A stretch of 64,000 nucleotides of DNA from Coniocarpon cinnabarinum (GCA_051942205.1 JAVECO010000116.1:1-64000), one strand, 5' to 3'; counted from the stretch's first letter, positions 25,260 to 37,043 are shown. A program made the numbers and translations. Notes: a model not told the origin generated them from the letters alone.

Positions 25260-26105
25260 TGTGCCACTATATTAGTGATACGATCCCTTAATCCCTTGCT
25301 TCGTCCTAGTATTGGGCCTTAGGCAGGTCTTAGGCTTAATCTACCGGAGCCTAGTATAGGTTTCCCAGAGAGCCACCTAAGACCTACCTAAGACCTACCT
25401 AAGACCGTAATAAGGGACCTTTTATACAATCTACGCAGACTAGATAGTAGGATCTCAAATTGCTTTTAGTGTTCTGCGTAGAAAGTACCTATTTCTACAA
25501 AAATGAGACCTCTGTGCTAAGAGTGCTCTCTATAGAGTACTCTTTTTATGTGGAGAGCCTCTCTATGCGGGCAGTATCCCTAAGAAAGAGCTATTTCTAT
25601 GCTAAGTATAGAATCTACAAGTAAGTTCTAATACTATGCTAGAGAAAAAAGAGTATTTAAACAAAAATGGCCGGGCTATTTTCTTGTATAGGGCCTTCTA
25701 CGTAGAGCCTAGAGTTCCTCTTAGGCTATTCTTAGATTTTAGTCTAGGCAGCGAGCCTTTCTAGTTAAAAAGATTTAGCCAAAAAGCTAAGAGTATAAAG
25801 GCCTTTATCTTCTATACTTTCCTAGATACTCTGTTATACTACCTGTAAGTACTCTTCCTATGTATGTAGCTTAGACCTAACGTCTCCTAGCACCTAAATA
25901 GCCTAAAACATACCTAAATCTCTCTCCTAGATTTAAAAATAGTAAGATAGTACTAAAAAATATCTATATAATTCTACTATTGCCGGCTATGCTCTCTCTC
26001 TTGTCTTGTTCCGCGCCCATAGCATGAAGATGTCGCACTATGTATCATAGTATGCCTTAGATACTATCAAGGTAAGTAAGGTCTTCTAGGTCCTATTGGT
26101 TAGAG
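25260..26105. mobile_element. AT/TpA-rich, RIP-degenerated repeat remnant
   Basis: Abrupt rise in TA/TAG/CTA with very few CA/TG, no ORF, internal cctaagaccta repeats. Confidence 0.65.
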
Positions 26106-26141
26106 GTACGTACTCCCATTTGCCTTTGCCTTTTTTTGCCT

Positions 26142-26288
26142 CGACGGCCGCGGGGGCATGACTCAGCAATTCCATACACCTGCTGGTCACCTGCTTCCTG
26201 CTGTCTCCCAGCAACGGTCGCGTGCTGCGTTCCTTTTAGGAATGTGCATGCGAGCGGGGGCTGCTGGTTCGACTCCCAGCGCCGTCGC
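26142..26288 (+). pseudogene. tRNA-like element (type II-like, intron-containing, D-arm missing)
   Basis: Acceptor CGACGGC/GCCGTCG, GCATG/CATGC stem around an intron-sized insert, AGC-GGGG-GCT variable hairpin, GCTGG-TTCGACTC-CCAGC T-arm, downstream poly-T. Confidence 0.55.
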
Positions 26289-27065
26289 CGCGGGGTTTTC
26301 TTTTTTTTTCTTTTCGGGGCTGTGCTGCATGCGCTTGGTGCTGGGCGCTTGTGTGATAGGACTTGCGCTGCATGGTGGTGTGGTGTGTGGTGTACTGATT
26401 GAGGATGACATTCGGGGATGTCGCGTTGTGCTTGTAGTGATAGCCCATGATGCCGTGGAATGTGCGCTTGGTGATGCTCAAGAATGAAGGCATTGCAGAA
26501 TATGACGATTTCTTCCTGTTATTGGCTCTCTACTGTCTCCTCTGCGCTCAGAATGATCTTTTATCCACCATGTTCATACTCTCACAGCAATCGCACAAGT
26601 TAATTTCCCCCATTTGACTCTCCTACCCTCAAAACGCAGTCGCATCATCGATGTTTTGCCCAAGAACAAGGCACATTGATCTACTCTGATGGATGACTGG
26701 TACAAACATAGCAGTACTATATACAATAGTACCGCATTTCTCCCTGTGTAAATCAGCAATGACCCTGGAGGTCACAGATCTGGCCGTATGGCCGAGTGGT
26801 TAGGTGCGTATGAATATCCCCGATTTCCTTTACCGCTAGTTACTCGTTCTCTGCCTTTCACCTTGTCCTTCGCTTCGGGGCCTTGCGCTCTTTCCCTTTT
26901 TTCTTTTTTTTTGCGCTGATGCCGGAGTTCGCGGGTTCGAAATGTGGAATTTTGCTGCTGCTGGGGACTTTTCGTGGTGTGGGGCTTGTTCTGTGATAGA
27001 TGCGATGCTGTGATGGATAGATGTTGGTCTGCGATGCGTGATCTATGTTTGCATTGTGTTATTAT

Positions 27066-27392
27066 GGCTGCTCTACGTGATTATTGCTTGTTCGCGATGC
27101 TTCTCGATGATTTGTTTTGGTCTACGTCTATGCTATGTGATGTGGTGGTACTTTACGTGATGCGTGACTCCTCTACGGCTGATCTACGCGATCTTTGCTT
27201 GTTTGCGATGCCTCTCGATGAATTTTTTGATCTGCGTCCATGCTATGTGATGTGCTGGGATTTTATATGATGCGTAACTACTCTACGGCTGCTCTACGTG
27301 ATTATTGCTTGTTTGCGATGGCTCTTGATGATTTTATTGATCTACGTCTATGCTATGTGATACGTTAGTACTTTACACGGTGCATGACTCCT
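27066..27392. repeat. ~110-bp tandem repeat x3
   Basis: Three copies of ggctg(ct)ctacg(t)gat..ttgcttgtt.gcgatg...tct.cgtc.atgctatgtgat. Confidence 0.9.
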
Positions 27393-29331
27393 CCCCATGC
27401 TAAATCTGTACCCGACGCGATGATTAACCGGTCTTCGCAGCCAAAAACTACTCTGCACGATTCCTGACGCTCTACAAGGCCCAAAGCAACCGCACTATAT
27501 ACAATAGTACCGCATTTCTTACCCCATAATCCAGCAGTGACCCTAGAGGTCACAAACCCAGGCCCTTGAGCCGACCAACAAGGCCCTTGAGCCGAACAAG
27601 AGGTGCGTATGCAATATCCCCGATTCCCTTTCCCTGCCCGGCAAATCCGCTAGTTACTCGTTTACTTGCCCATTCACCTTGTTCCTTCGTTACCGGTCCT
27701 TGGGGCATTTCCCTTTTTGGCTTTTTTTGCCTTGATGGTCGAGGTGCTGGGTTCGAAACGTGGTGAGTCTGGCTTTTTTTGCGGTGGAAATGCCGGCGTG
27801 GTGGTGTTTGCTGTTGATTTGGGGATGTGAGGATTGTGGTGTGCGCTGTGGTTGCAGCTGCTCGATGTTTGTGGCTGTTTGTCTTCTTTGCTTGTGTGAT
27901 GGCTTGAGATTTTCTTCTTTTGGTGGATGGATGGATGGATGGCTGGCTGGACATTGTGATGGGCTATGCTATGCTACGTGTCCTACGTCTTGCGTGACTT
28001 TACATGATGCCCGCCTGCTGCGTGTGCTTGCGTCTCCTCACATGACCCGCGCCTCTCTGCAAGATGTCTCTCCCCTGCAAGGTGCGAAGTCATTGTACTA
28101 TATACATTACTACCCCATTCTTTCCCTCGTCATTCAGCGATCCTCGAGATCACGGGTGTCATGCCATGATGGCGCAGTGGTTATGTAAGTATTGCCCCCC
28201 TCTTTCCTTCCCCCTCCTTGTTCCCCTTCCGTTGTTGCTGCTGCTTGCCTTTCCCTTCCATTCCCCTCCCTTCCTCTCCCTTCCCCGCTTCCCCTTCCCT
28301 TTTTTGCTTTTTTCGCTGTTTCGAACGTGCTCGCGGCGTGGCTCTTTGTTTGGTCCAATGTTGTGGTTACTGTGTGATGCAGACTCGTTGTTTTGATTAC
28401 TGATTCTTTTTTTTCAACGCTATGATCTATGGCTACGGTACGTGATGCTGCGCAGGCCATGCGCTGTCTTCCCGTCTTGCCTTGCTTTCCTTCCTTCCCT
28501 GCCTGCCTGACTCACGCATTGAAGGTGTTGAAGGTGTAGCAAAGATGGCGCCTCCAATCTGCTGAACGTGATTACTCCTCTCGGTGGTTTCCCGCTCTTA
28601 CTAGAAGATGATGCTAAGAGAGGTCTGCCGATGGTATTTCGATTGTTTTGATCAAGTTTGATGCGGTGGCGTCGTCGTGGTGTGCCGATTCAAGGTGTCG
28701 CGTTGTTATCTCGGTGATGGATTGGCTTTGCCTCGTCCTGAGCTAGTCACGCGATGGCCGCGCTCCGTCTTGAGGGGCGGTGTTTCTTGCCTTGTCGTGA
28801 GATGTTGAGCCATCTGGCGTTGCGCTGATGATTTGTCTTTGGTGGTCGTGGGGCCGTCGTGCCTTTGATACTGCGCTGTGGATTTGGTGGTGGACTGGCT
28901 TTGGCACTGCGCCGTGGCTCGCCTCGTCCCGGTGATTCTTCGTGCCCGTGACCCGACCGACTCAGGTGGTGACGGTGATGAAAGTCGCCATTGCCTGATA
29001 GCGGGGTCGACCGTGTCAGTCGTAGGAACCAAAGCAACCTTGGGAGGTGTTTTGGCCTGTTTTGCCTTGCCTTGTCTTGCCTTGTCCTGCTTTTACTCAT
29101 CTTTTGCTTCGCCCGTTGGCGTGGCAGCGAGTTGGCTGTTTCTCGCGTCGACGGAGCTGCTGCAGATTTGTTTTCTCTTGAGCGGCATCTGTTCGATCAT
29201 TTGTCATTGTCATTCATCGTTGGCTCTCTCTCATCGCTTCATTGGCATCATCGTCAATCCTCAGCTCGTCGTGCTGCTACAGCTCCAATCACAGCCACCA
29301 CTACCACTCAAATCTCCTCATCAAAGCAACA

Positions 29332-29661
29332 ATGTCCCTCTCCGCCCTCCTCTCCACCCTCCTCCACGCCCTCATCTGCCCACTCCTCCGTCTCAGACCC
29401 CTCCTCAATCATCTCCTCCCCCCACATCTCCTCAATCAACTCCTCGACCTCCCTCTCCTCAATGGAATCATCAGCCTTCAACTCCTCATCAGTCTAATCA
29501 TTTTTCTCCAATTCCTCAGATACGGCTGCGACGTCTTCCTGCTGCGTCTCCGTGTCTTGCAGCCCCGTCTCTGGCGCCATTTTCGACGTCTTGGAGTTTA
29601 CTTACTCGGAATGGGTCGATTTTTTTGCGTGGCTCTTCTGGATCGGATGATGCGGCTGTAG
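29332..29661 (+). CDS. Possible small Leu-rich membrane protein
   Basis: Good Kozak context (caacaATG) and a hydrophobic segment GIISLQLLISLIIFLQFL. No recognised family. Confidence 0.3.
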   Translation: MSLSALLSTLLHALICPLLRLRPLLNHLLPPHLLNQLLDLPLLNGIISLQLLISLIIFLQFLRYGCDVFLLRLRVLQPRLWRHFRRLGVYLLGMGRFFCVALLDRMMRL

Positions 29662-30705
29662 CAGCAGGGGCCGGCGACATTGGTCAGATTGGCCGCCTGT
29701 ATCATCAGCTCTGCCGGGTATACCATTAGATTCGCGGTCATATCATCAGATCCTTGGGCTACATGTAGGTATCATCACATTCAGTCAACCCATCAAATCC
29801 CCAGCTTTTTAACGAATACACCGGCGATATCATAGCTTCTCGCGGTATGTCACGCGTACACCGGCTACATCATCAGATTCCCGGCTTGTCTTAGGATTTG
29901 GCAGATTTAATACGCACAGCACCCGGCTATTCATCAAGAATCCAATGTATTCAACGCCACAACGGCGCAGGGCTATTTCCGTGGAAATTCGATGACAATG
30001 AAAGAGCAGACCGCCTGTCATTTAAGCGTCATGATGCTGCAGGACTTGGACGGATCGTTTGATCAGAAAGAGCAGATGAAAGAGTGGGGTTGCATCAAAT
30101 GCTGTGGCGAGACTTGCGCGAATGGGGATTTTTGTAACTTTAAGGGTTGTTTTGAGGGTGCATTAGGGCTGTGATACAAGACTTGAGAGGTTGTATGACG
30201 AGTGTATTTGACGAGATGAACAGCTATTGCCACCGGTGAATCACACTGAGGTCTATGCCAGGGCTTGCTCGAGACGGGATGGCTGTGTCTTGATGGTTTG
30301 TTTTGATGATGGATGAGGGCTGTATTGAAAGAGATTGAATGATGGACGTATTTGACACCATGAACAGCTTTCGCCATCAAAGGATTCCACGCAAATGGAC
30401 GTCGAGGCGTCTCCGAATCAGCATTAATCTTTCATTAAGGACACTTCAAAGAACAAGACACGGCTGTAGCATCATTATCACAGCAGCACGAAGAAGACAG
30501 AGACAATGACACTTCAGAGGCGTTGCACCCTGCATGTATTCGTCGAAATGCTATTTGAATCCTCAAATGCCTGAATCTCATCCATTACTTGCCATTCAAT
30601 AAAGTTTACAAGTTTCTCGAGTCTAAGGAGCGTAAGAATCATAAGCCAGTCCCGTCTGTACAATCACCCTCTTTTTCCCTCGTCCTTTTGATCGTTCAAA
30701 GTCAT

Positions 30706-32241
30706 CTAGTAGGATGATGGGGGGCTGCCGTAGCTGCCTGGGCTGCTAGAGGAGCCGGAGTCCGAGCCTGAGCCTTTGTCTGAGCCAGAGCCAGAGGCGC
30801 CACCGTAGCTGCCGGGTGCTGCGCCAGCTGATCCACCGGCGGATCCGCCAGCAGAGCCACCAGCACCGCCGTATCCACCTAGACCAGCACCACCTTCATG
30901 ATGTCCCTTGTCGCCACCTGACGGGAAGGGAAAGGGAAATGGGAAGCCATGGCCGTGGTCTTTGCCCTTGTCACCGCCTGCACCTGGAAGAGAAGGAGGG
31001 CTGTATGAGCCGGGAGATGAGGCACCCGGTGCTGATGGTGGAGAGGGAGGCGAGGGAGGAGAGTAGCTTCCTGGGGAGGAGCTGCCGCTGCCGGGAGACG
31101 AGGGAGGCGATGAAGGAGGCGATGAGCTGCCAGGGGACGAGGGTGGGGAGTAGCTGCCTGGAGAGGAGCCAGTGTCGGGGCTGGACGCCGGTGGGGATGA
31201 GGAGCCTGGTGCTGAAGGTGGAGAGTAGGCGCCTGGTGAGGAAGAGCCACTGTCAGAGCCAGAGCTGGAGCCCGGAGCCGCAGGGGATGCAGCGGGAGAC
31301 GCGGCGGCGGGAGGACCGTAAGCGTAGGGTCCAGATGAGCCGGCTTCAGCAGCGTACGCCGACGCAGATGTAGCAGCCGCCGACGAAGCAGGCTGGTAGG
31401 CACTGGGTCCTGCTACGGAAGCCGAAGTAGCAGGGACAGAGGCACCAGCGGATGGTGAGAAGCCAGTCGGGCATGGAGTCGAAGCGGACGCAGCGCTGGA
31501 AGCTCCGGGTGCAGAAGGAGAAGCGGGCGCGCTATTAGCTGGAGCAGAGGACGCGGGTGCGCTGTAAGCTGGAGCCGACGAGGCAGGAGGACTGTAGGGT
31601 GTGGAAGCTGGAGAGGCGCTTGTGCTGGCGGTGGCGGCGGCGGAGCTGCTGTCGCTTCCACTGCCGTATGAAGAGCCTGAGCCTGAGCCTGAGCCTGAAC
31701 CTGAACCTGAACCTGAACCGGAGCCCGAGTCAGAACCAGAACCAGAGCCACCAGCGCCGCCGGACGCTGAGCCTTCTCCAGAGCCAGAAGCACCGCCAGA
31801 TGCAGAGCCGCCGGCACCACCAGAGCCGGATCCACCAGCACCAGCACCGCCGTAGCCACCAAGGCCAGCACCAGCGTTGCCAGCAGCGGAGCCACCAGCA
31901 CCACCATTGGCACCACCATAGCCACCAAGGCCAGCTCCAGCATTGCCAGAAGCCGAGCCAGATCCACCGAGGCCGGCACCAGCACCACCGTTGCCAGCAG
32001 CAGAGCCACCGGCGCCACCGTAGCCACCTAGTCCAGCTCCAGCGCTGCCAGAGGCTGAGCCAGATCCCTCAAGACCGGCACCAGCGCCGCCCTTGTCGCC
32101 GCCATAGCCGTCGAGGCCTGCACCTGCACCGAGATGAGCCCCAGCGTCGAGGTCAGCACCGCCGTGAAGGTTGGGAAGGGCACGGGCCGAGGCCAGGGAC
32201 GCGGTGTAGGTAAGGATTGCGAGGATTGTTTGAGGATGCAT
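30706..32241 (-). CDS. Secreted Gly/Ser/Pro/Ala-rich repetitive protein (probable cell-wall or surface protein)
   Basis: Signal peptide MHPQTILAILTYTASLASA, GAGLGGYGG repeats, poly-GS, SPGSYSPPS repeats; 511-aa ORF. Confidence 0.8.
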   Translation of the reverse strand: MHPQTILAILTYTASLASARALPNLHGGADLDAGAHLGAGAGLDGYGGDKGGAGAGLEGSGSASGSAGAGLGGYGGAGGSAAGNGGAGAGLGGSGSASGNAGAGLGGYGGANGGAGGSAAGNAGAGLGGYGGAGAGGSGSGGAGGSASGGASGSGEGSASGGAGGSGSGSDSGSGSGSGSGSGSGSGSGSSYGSGSDSSSAAATASTSASPASTPYSPPASSAPAYSAPASSAPANSAPASPSAPGASSAASASTPCPTGFSPSAGASVPATSASVAGPSAYQPASSAAATSASAYAAEAGSSGPYAYGPPAAASPAASPAAPGSSSGSDSGSSSPGAYSPPSAPGSSSPPASSPDTGSSPGSYSPPSSPGSSSPPSSPPSSPGSGSSSPGSYSPPSPPSPPSAPGASSPGSYSPPSLPGAGGDKGKDHGHGFPFPFPFPSGGDKGHHEGGAGLGGYGGAGGSAGGSAGGSAGAAPGSYGGASGSGSDKGSGSDSGSSSSPGSYGSPPSSY

Positions 32242-33601
32242 CGTTGATGGCTGGTCTTCTAAACTGGGAAGTGTTTAGATGAGAAAAAAGGGTGTTGTAA
32301 GGATGCGAGGACAGGCCGGCTGCCCGTCTGATCGAGGTAGAAAGATATTAAGAATAGCGATTGACAAGCAACAAATGCGAGGCTTTTGGTCGAGCGAATG
32401 TGGAGTGGTGGAAGGATGAGGAGCTGTTCATCGTGTTGGACATGGCCATATTTATGTTGTTCTTGCTCGCGCTCCGGAGATGCTGGAGACTTGCTTGGGT
32501 CATCCTGGGAGGCCGGCCTGAAACAATGGCCGGTCAATGGACGTCCAGGGCGTTGTGGAGAGCATGGAGAAGAAGACTCGACAAGCCTCTCTCCTGACAT
32601 GCATTGGCGCTGAGGCCCATGTCAGAGCGTGTAGGAAGAAGCCATTGGAAAAATACGGGGAGTCCGAATGGGGTATCCAAGTATCGAAGGGGACTGCATT
32701 GGGCAAGGCGTCTGCCCAAAGCGCTTCAGCCTCGTCAGGGGCAGCATGGTTTCTCTCAACGTTGGCGCAAGATGAAACAGCTGAGTGTTTTTGAGATCGC
32801 CGCTACCGCTGCAACGAGCCTGGTGTACCGAATCTGCGGCCAGGATAGTCTGGAGTCTGGAGAGAAGCCTCCATGCTTTTCCGAGAAGAGAACCGTCGCC
32901 ATACTCGTCACAGCCGATACTCCAACGCGTCTGGGTGGGGACGGGGTCGCACCAAAGCCATATGCATTGAATACCCCATCAAATTCGAGAGCACAAGGGC
33001 ATGTATTGAATCGATTGCATTTGACTTGCTCAAACACTCTGCTTGGACAATGTGACGAATGGCGTGCGTGCAAAGCAGCAGTGCCGCCATAGTGCTTGAA
33101 ACGTGATGCAAGAAATCGCTCCTCGCACTTTCTTGCCACCTGTAGTAGCCAGCACGGATTCGGTGCATTGGAAATTCCGTGCAGTATTGAGTCAACTTGT
33201 CGTCACATCTATGCATGTCCTCTGCTACACGGCGCTGACTTGGGGAAGGCGCAGTAAGGGGTAGCGTCAACCTCAAACAAGCTTCCTGGGTCCACATGAA
33301 CCCTTGCGGAAAGGCCTTACTCTGTACCAGCACCGTAAAAAATGGCTTGCCCCGGGACCGATCATGCCATGGTCTCTTCCAGGTGCAATAGACAACAGCA
33401 ATGGTGTCATCGACGGCTCTTTCGACCCGAGTCTTACCCGCTGATGGGCCCATTCTGCACGGTCAGCAAGGGGAGCACTCCTTGCGAGAAGCACCACAGA
33501 CCCGTATAAAACTTCCCCCGGGCCCCGGCGTCCAATAGTGCAAGTCTTTTTACGAACGCGAGCACAGGGTTTTCTGGCTCTGATCATCATTGCCTACGTG
33601 A

Positions 33602-35106
33602 CTAGCTTGTCCGTCCAGGCACCATCTCGATCTCCCGCCGTCGCTCCTCCCTCGACTTCCACTGACCGGGTGGGTATGCGGTTGCAGGAGTCTCTTGCAC
33701 GCTAGCGCCACCAGGGCTCACAACGTTGTTCACACCAAGGAGCTGGTCCTCAGGCACCTTCGGCACCTCGGGAATAGTGCTTTCACGAATCGTATCACGG
33801 ACCGTGCTCTCCGTCGTGCCCGAAAATGTGCTCTTCGCCTTCTGGGCAATCTCGCTCGCCCTCTGCAACATCCTTCCCCTGTGATCGACTTGCGCACGCA
33901 CTGCCCGTCTGATGCTCTCGTTGTCGGTAGACGCCCTGAGCAAGACCTCGCGCATGTCCGAGGGTACTTCAATTTGAAACGTTTGGTTGTCAGGATTTCT
34001 CATGGCTTGCTCGCTGGTCTGATTGACGAGCAGTCGAAGCATCTGCTGACGTAGTCTCTCTTCCTCGGGCGGTGGCGACGGCGCTCGCAGTGTCATGACC
34101 GGAGCTTCGCCCGTCGTGTAGGGTAAAGCTGCACCGCTACACTGTGATAGTGTCTGTGGGAGTGCAGCCCCGCTGATTTGTGACAATGACGAGCGACGAT
34201 ACAAGCTTGGGTTCAGCATGCTATCGTGAGGCGACGAAGGTAACGGTTTGCTGATGCGGAATGGGGATCTCAAAGGAGACGCGGTCGGTGATTGCAAGGT
34301 ATGCCCGGGAGGGGGAACATTTGGACGTCGTGTCGTGTAGTAATCGATGGCGCTTCCCCAGGTGTCTTGTATCTGTGTCGTATCGAAGCTACGCCCACTA
34401 TTTGGCGGCTGCAGCGCGTGGTGTTGAAGACTCGAAAAACTCGGGGATGGACTTGCATATCGCATAGGAGCGGCCCCAGACAGCAACTCCTCGCACTCAT
34501 TGTCAGAGGACTTGGCGTGTCGACATTGCTGCACAACCTTGATCTGTGTTACAACCACGAGTGACAAATAGACTATGGAGGAGACAGCAGCTCCCGTCAC
34601 GCCTAGCCAGGCCGCCAGAGTCCACTCGTACTCGTTGCTAAAGACAAAAGCAAGACTGAGGTAAGCCAGACCGACGACAGACGAGCCAAGGCCCGGAATG
34701 AAGATGGCTTCATTGCGAAAAGCTGCTGAATGGACCGCAAAACAGAGTAGTGGCATCAAACACCATCCCAGCGTCAGAGCCGCAATGGCGATTACGGTCA
34801 AGACTGTCTTGGAGACGGCGAGATCTGGATCTTTCTGATACAGAGGTTGAATCGCGAGGAAGCTATGGATGCGGTTAGATGTCTGCCACCATGAAACGAA
34901 CCAGCACGTGCTTACCCTCCTAGCAGGATACAAGAATCAAGAAAGGCTATTATCCTCCAATACACCGGCGCAGGTGTATACTTGTGATTCGAGTCTTCGT
35001 TCTCCCAGGTCTGAGTCCTCGCCCAATGCGCCGTCGCGCCAGACTTGTCCGAAAGAGCACCGGGCTGTGGACTGGTGAAAGAATTATAAGAGGCTCCGGT
35101 CATCAT
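33602..35106 (-). CDS. Hypothetical multi-pass membrane protein with long disordered C-terminus, 2 exons
   Basis: Exon 1 (35106) joins by intron 34915-34863 to the 443-aa ORF; about 4 hydrophobic helices. Confidence 0.7.
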
Positions 35107-35930
35107 GTATGTGATTCTCTCTGCCCAGAAAGTATGCCATGAAGATCAAGCGCTTGACTGAGCCATTGAAAGAAGGTCCGACCTGTATCGGAATATTACA
35201 AGGTATATCAGCAACAAATTCAGTCAAGAAAGAAAAGAGACCCGAGGCAGAAGGGAAGGATGAGGATTACAACCAAGAACGCTCAGCAACCGCAAAGTAT
35301 AACAGCCAACGACGGGGGACAGCAATTGTACCGAGGGCTGAGGCACACAGCAGGCGAGCAGGCGCCTCATCAGTCTTGGGTCCATTCGAGCGAATGCAGG
35401 CCGTGCAGCTGGAAGCAGTCGGATGGTGTGTGCTGTGCAGCGTATGAAGTGGCAGCGCAGGAACAGGCAGTGGGGGAGCGACGAGGATGAAACCAGCACT
35501 AGTCAGGGCGTACTTGGCCCGAAGAGGCGACAATATAGAAGGGTGGCGTGGCTGTGTGCGTGAGGTGACAGTGGTGAGCCGTCCGCTTGCCGCCGCTTCT
35601 GCACTCTTCGGGGCCGCCAGCTCACTGCACCTGTGTCTCGCATGCGCGGAAAATAGACACACTGCGCTGCTCGGTCGGGGCTTGGATCTGTCTCTGGACG
35701 GCTTTTGCACGTCAACCTCTTGAGGCCCACGGCTTCGTACAGGACGCCCGTCACTGCCCTTTCCGTTCCCTTGCGTCCCCGTGCAGGCGTCCGTCACTGC
35801 CTCAGGCTCATGTGTTGGCCGGGAGGCGGCCGAAGCAGACTGTTCGCCGTGGAGAAACGCAGCAAGTGGCACATGCAGACGCGTGTCTTGCTCGATATCA
35901 ATTCATCTATGTCCATAGTGACACGCTTTG

Positions 35931-37043
35931 TCAGCCCATCAGTTGATCCATATCCTCTGGCGGCCACTTGGTCTGCGCAAAACTGAGACACCGCTTGATA
36001 CTCTGCAGAATCTTGCGTGTCTCCTCGTCCGACATGATGTGGGCCTTGCTCTTGTCCTCCGACAACTTCTCCCGCGCCGACCGCTCGTGGATGCCCACCA
36101 TGGTCACCCCGATCGGCCATGCCGCCTTGCCAATACTCAACTGCAGGTAGACGTCGTTTGCGTGAACATACCGACGCTGCTGAGCCTTGTACACAATGTC
36201 CACCATCGGCTTCAGCAGATCGTCAGGCAGTACTGTGGGGTCGGTCGGCAGTTTCTCAAACTTGCGGAACAACGGTTTGAGGTGCTCGAGGGCCTGCGCA
36301 TGGGAATTCGTCGCAGCTCTGCCGGCGAATGAGGCCTTCTGGTCGTCCTCTCGACGTGCCAGAGCCCTGCCCCACTCGAGTAGGACGACATTAAACCAAG
36401 TTGCCATTTTGCGGCACAGTGATGACCGTCCCTCCACATCAGAAGGTGGTGCAAGCTGACCGTCCAGAGCGACCTCATCAGGTGGCACAGGCTCAAGTGT
36501 GGTGTAGGCGGGCTGATCGGGGCGACGCGCCACACTTTTCAGCCTGGCCTTCTGTATTCTGTAGTAGCGCTTGAGTCGTCGTTTGTGATCTTCGCCAAAC
36601 AGTATTGTGGGCTCTTCAAGGTCTCGAAGCTTCGCCTTCAGCAGTTCGTCCTCGATTTCGGCTTCGCCCTCAACTTGCGGCGTGCCCGGCGAAGACTCGG
36701 CGTCCTGCTGTCGAGGGAGCTCTGGGAGGCCGATTCGTCGTCGTCGTTCCCTCTCTGTCTGTTCGTCCTCCTCCTGCTGTCTCCTCCGCGATTCCTCAGC
36801 AAGCTTTCGTCGCTTGGCTAAACGCTCCTCATGGCGCGCTGTCTCCTCCTCTGCCTGCCTTCGTTTCCTCTCCGCTTTTTGCAGCCGCTCATTCTCGAGC
36901 GCAGCTTGCCCTGCCTTGTATGCCGCTTCACGAGCTGCTTCGGCATCGGCCTTCTTCTGATACTTGCTTTCTGTGGAGTCTTTGGCTGCTTGAGAGCCAG
37001 TAGACTGCGCTATCTGAGCTTGCATCAACTTGGAGAAGTCCAT
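35931..37043 (-). CDS. PRP18: Pre-mRNA splicing factor Prp18
   Basis: PRP4-like LRDLEEPTILFGE; ANDVYLQLSIGKAAWPIGVTMVGIHERSAREK; HIMSDEETRKILQSIKRCLSFAQ. Confidence 0.95.
   Translation of the reverse strand: MDFSKLMQAQIAQSTGSQAAKDSTESKYQKKADAEAAREAAYKAGQAALENERLQKAERKRRQAEEETARHEERLAKRRKLAEESRRRQQEEDEQTERERRRRIGLPELPRQQDAESSPGTPQVEGEAEIEDELLKAKLRDLEEPTILFGEDHKRRLKRYYRIQKARLKSVARRPDQPAYTTLEPVPPDEVALDGQLAPPSDVEGRSSLCRKMATWFNVVLLEWGRALARREDDQKASFAGRAATNSHAQALEHLKPLFRKFEKLPTDPTVLPDDLLKPMVDIVYKAQQRRYVHANDVYLQLSIGKAAWPIGVTMVGIHERSAREKLSEDKSKAHIMSDEETRKILQSIKRCLSFAQTKWPPEDMDQLMG

Larger units (their letters stand above)
26035..28460 (+). repeat. Four diverged tandem units (~600-780 bp) with a TATA-like motif and tRNA A/B-box-like motifs
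   Basis: Shared actat(a/g)ta(c)-a-tagtac-type motif at ~26037, 26715, 27494 and 28096. Units 2 and 3 align over ~250 bp. Confidence 0.7.

Noticed and set aside
26142..26288. Selenocysteine tRNA (TCA register)
   Set aside because: Lacks U33, the long D stem and the 9/4 acceptor-T geometry.
24585..28460. CRISPR-like array
   Set aside because: Eukaryotic context; long diverged units without a repeat-spacer structure or cas genes.
28706..29729. Several overlapping low-complexity ORFs
   Set aside because: Mostly non-ATG starts and compositionally driven; only the small Leu-rich ORF is kept, at low confidence.
3246..37043. Splicing-gene cluster (SAP18, RSE1, PRP18)
   Set aside because: Separated by many unrelated genes; likely coincidence.
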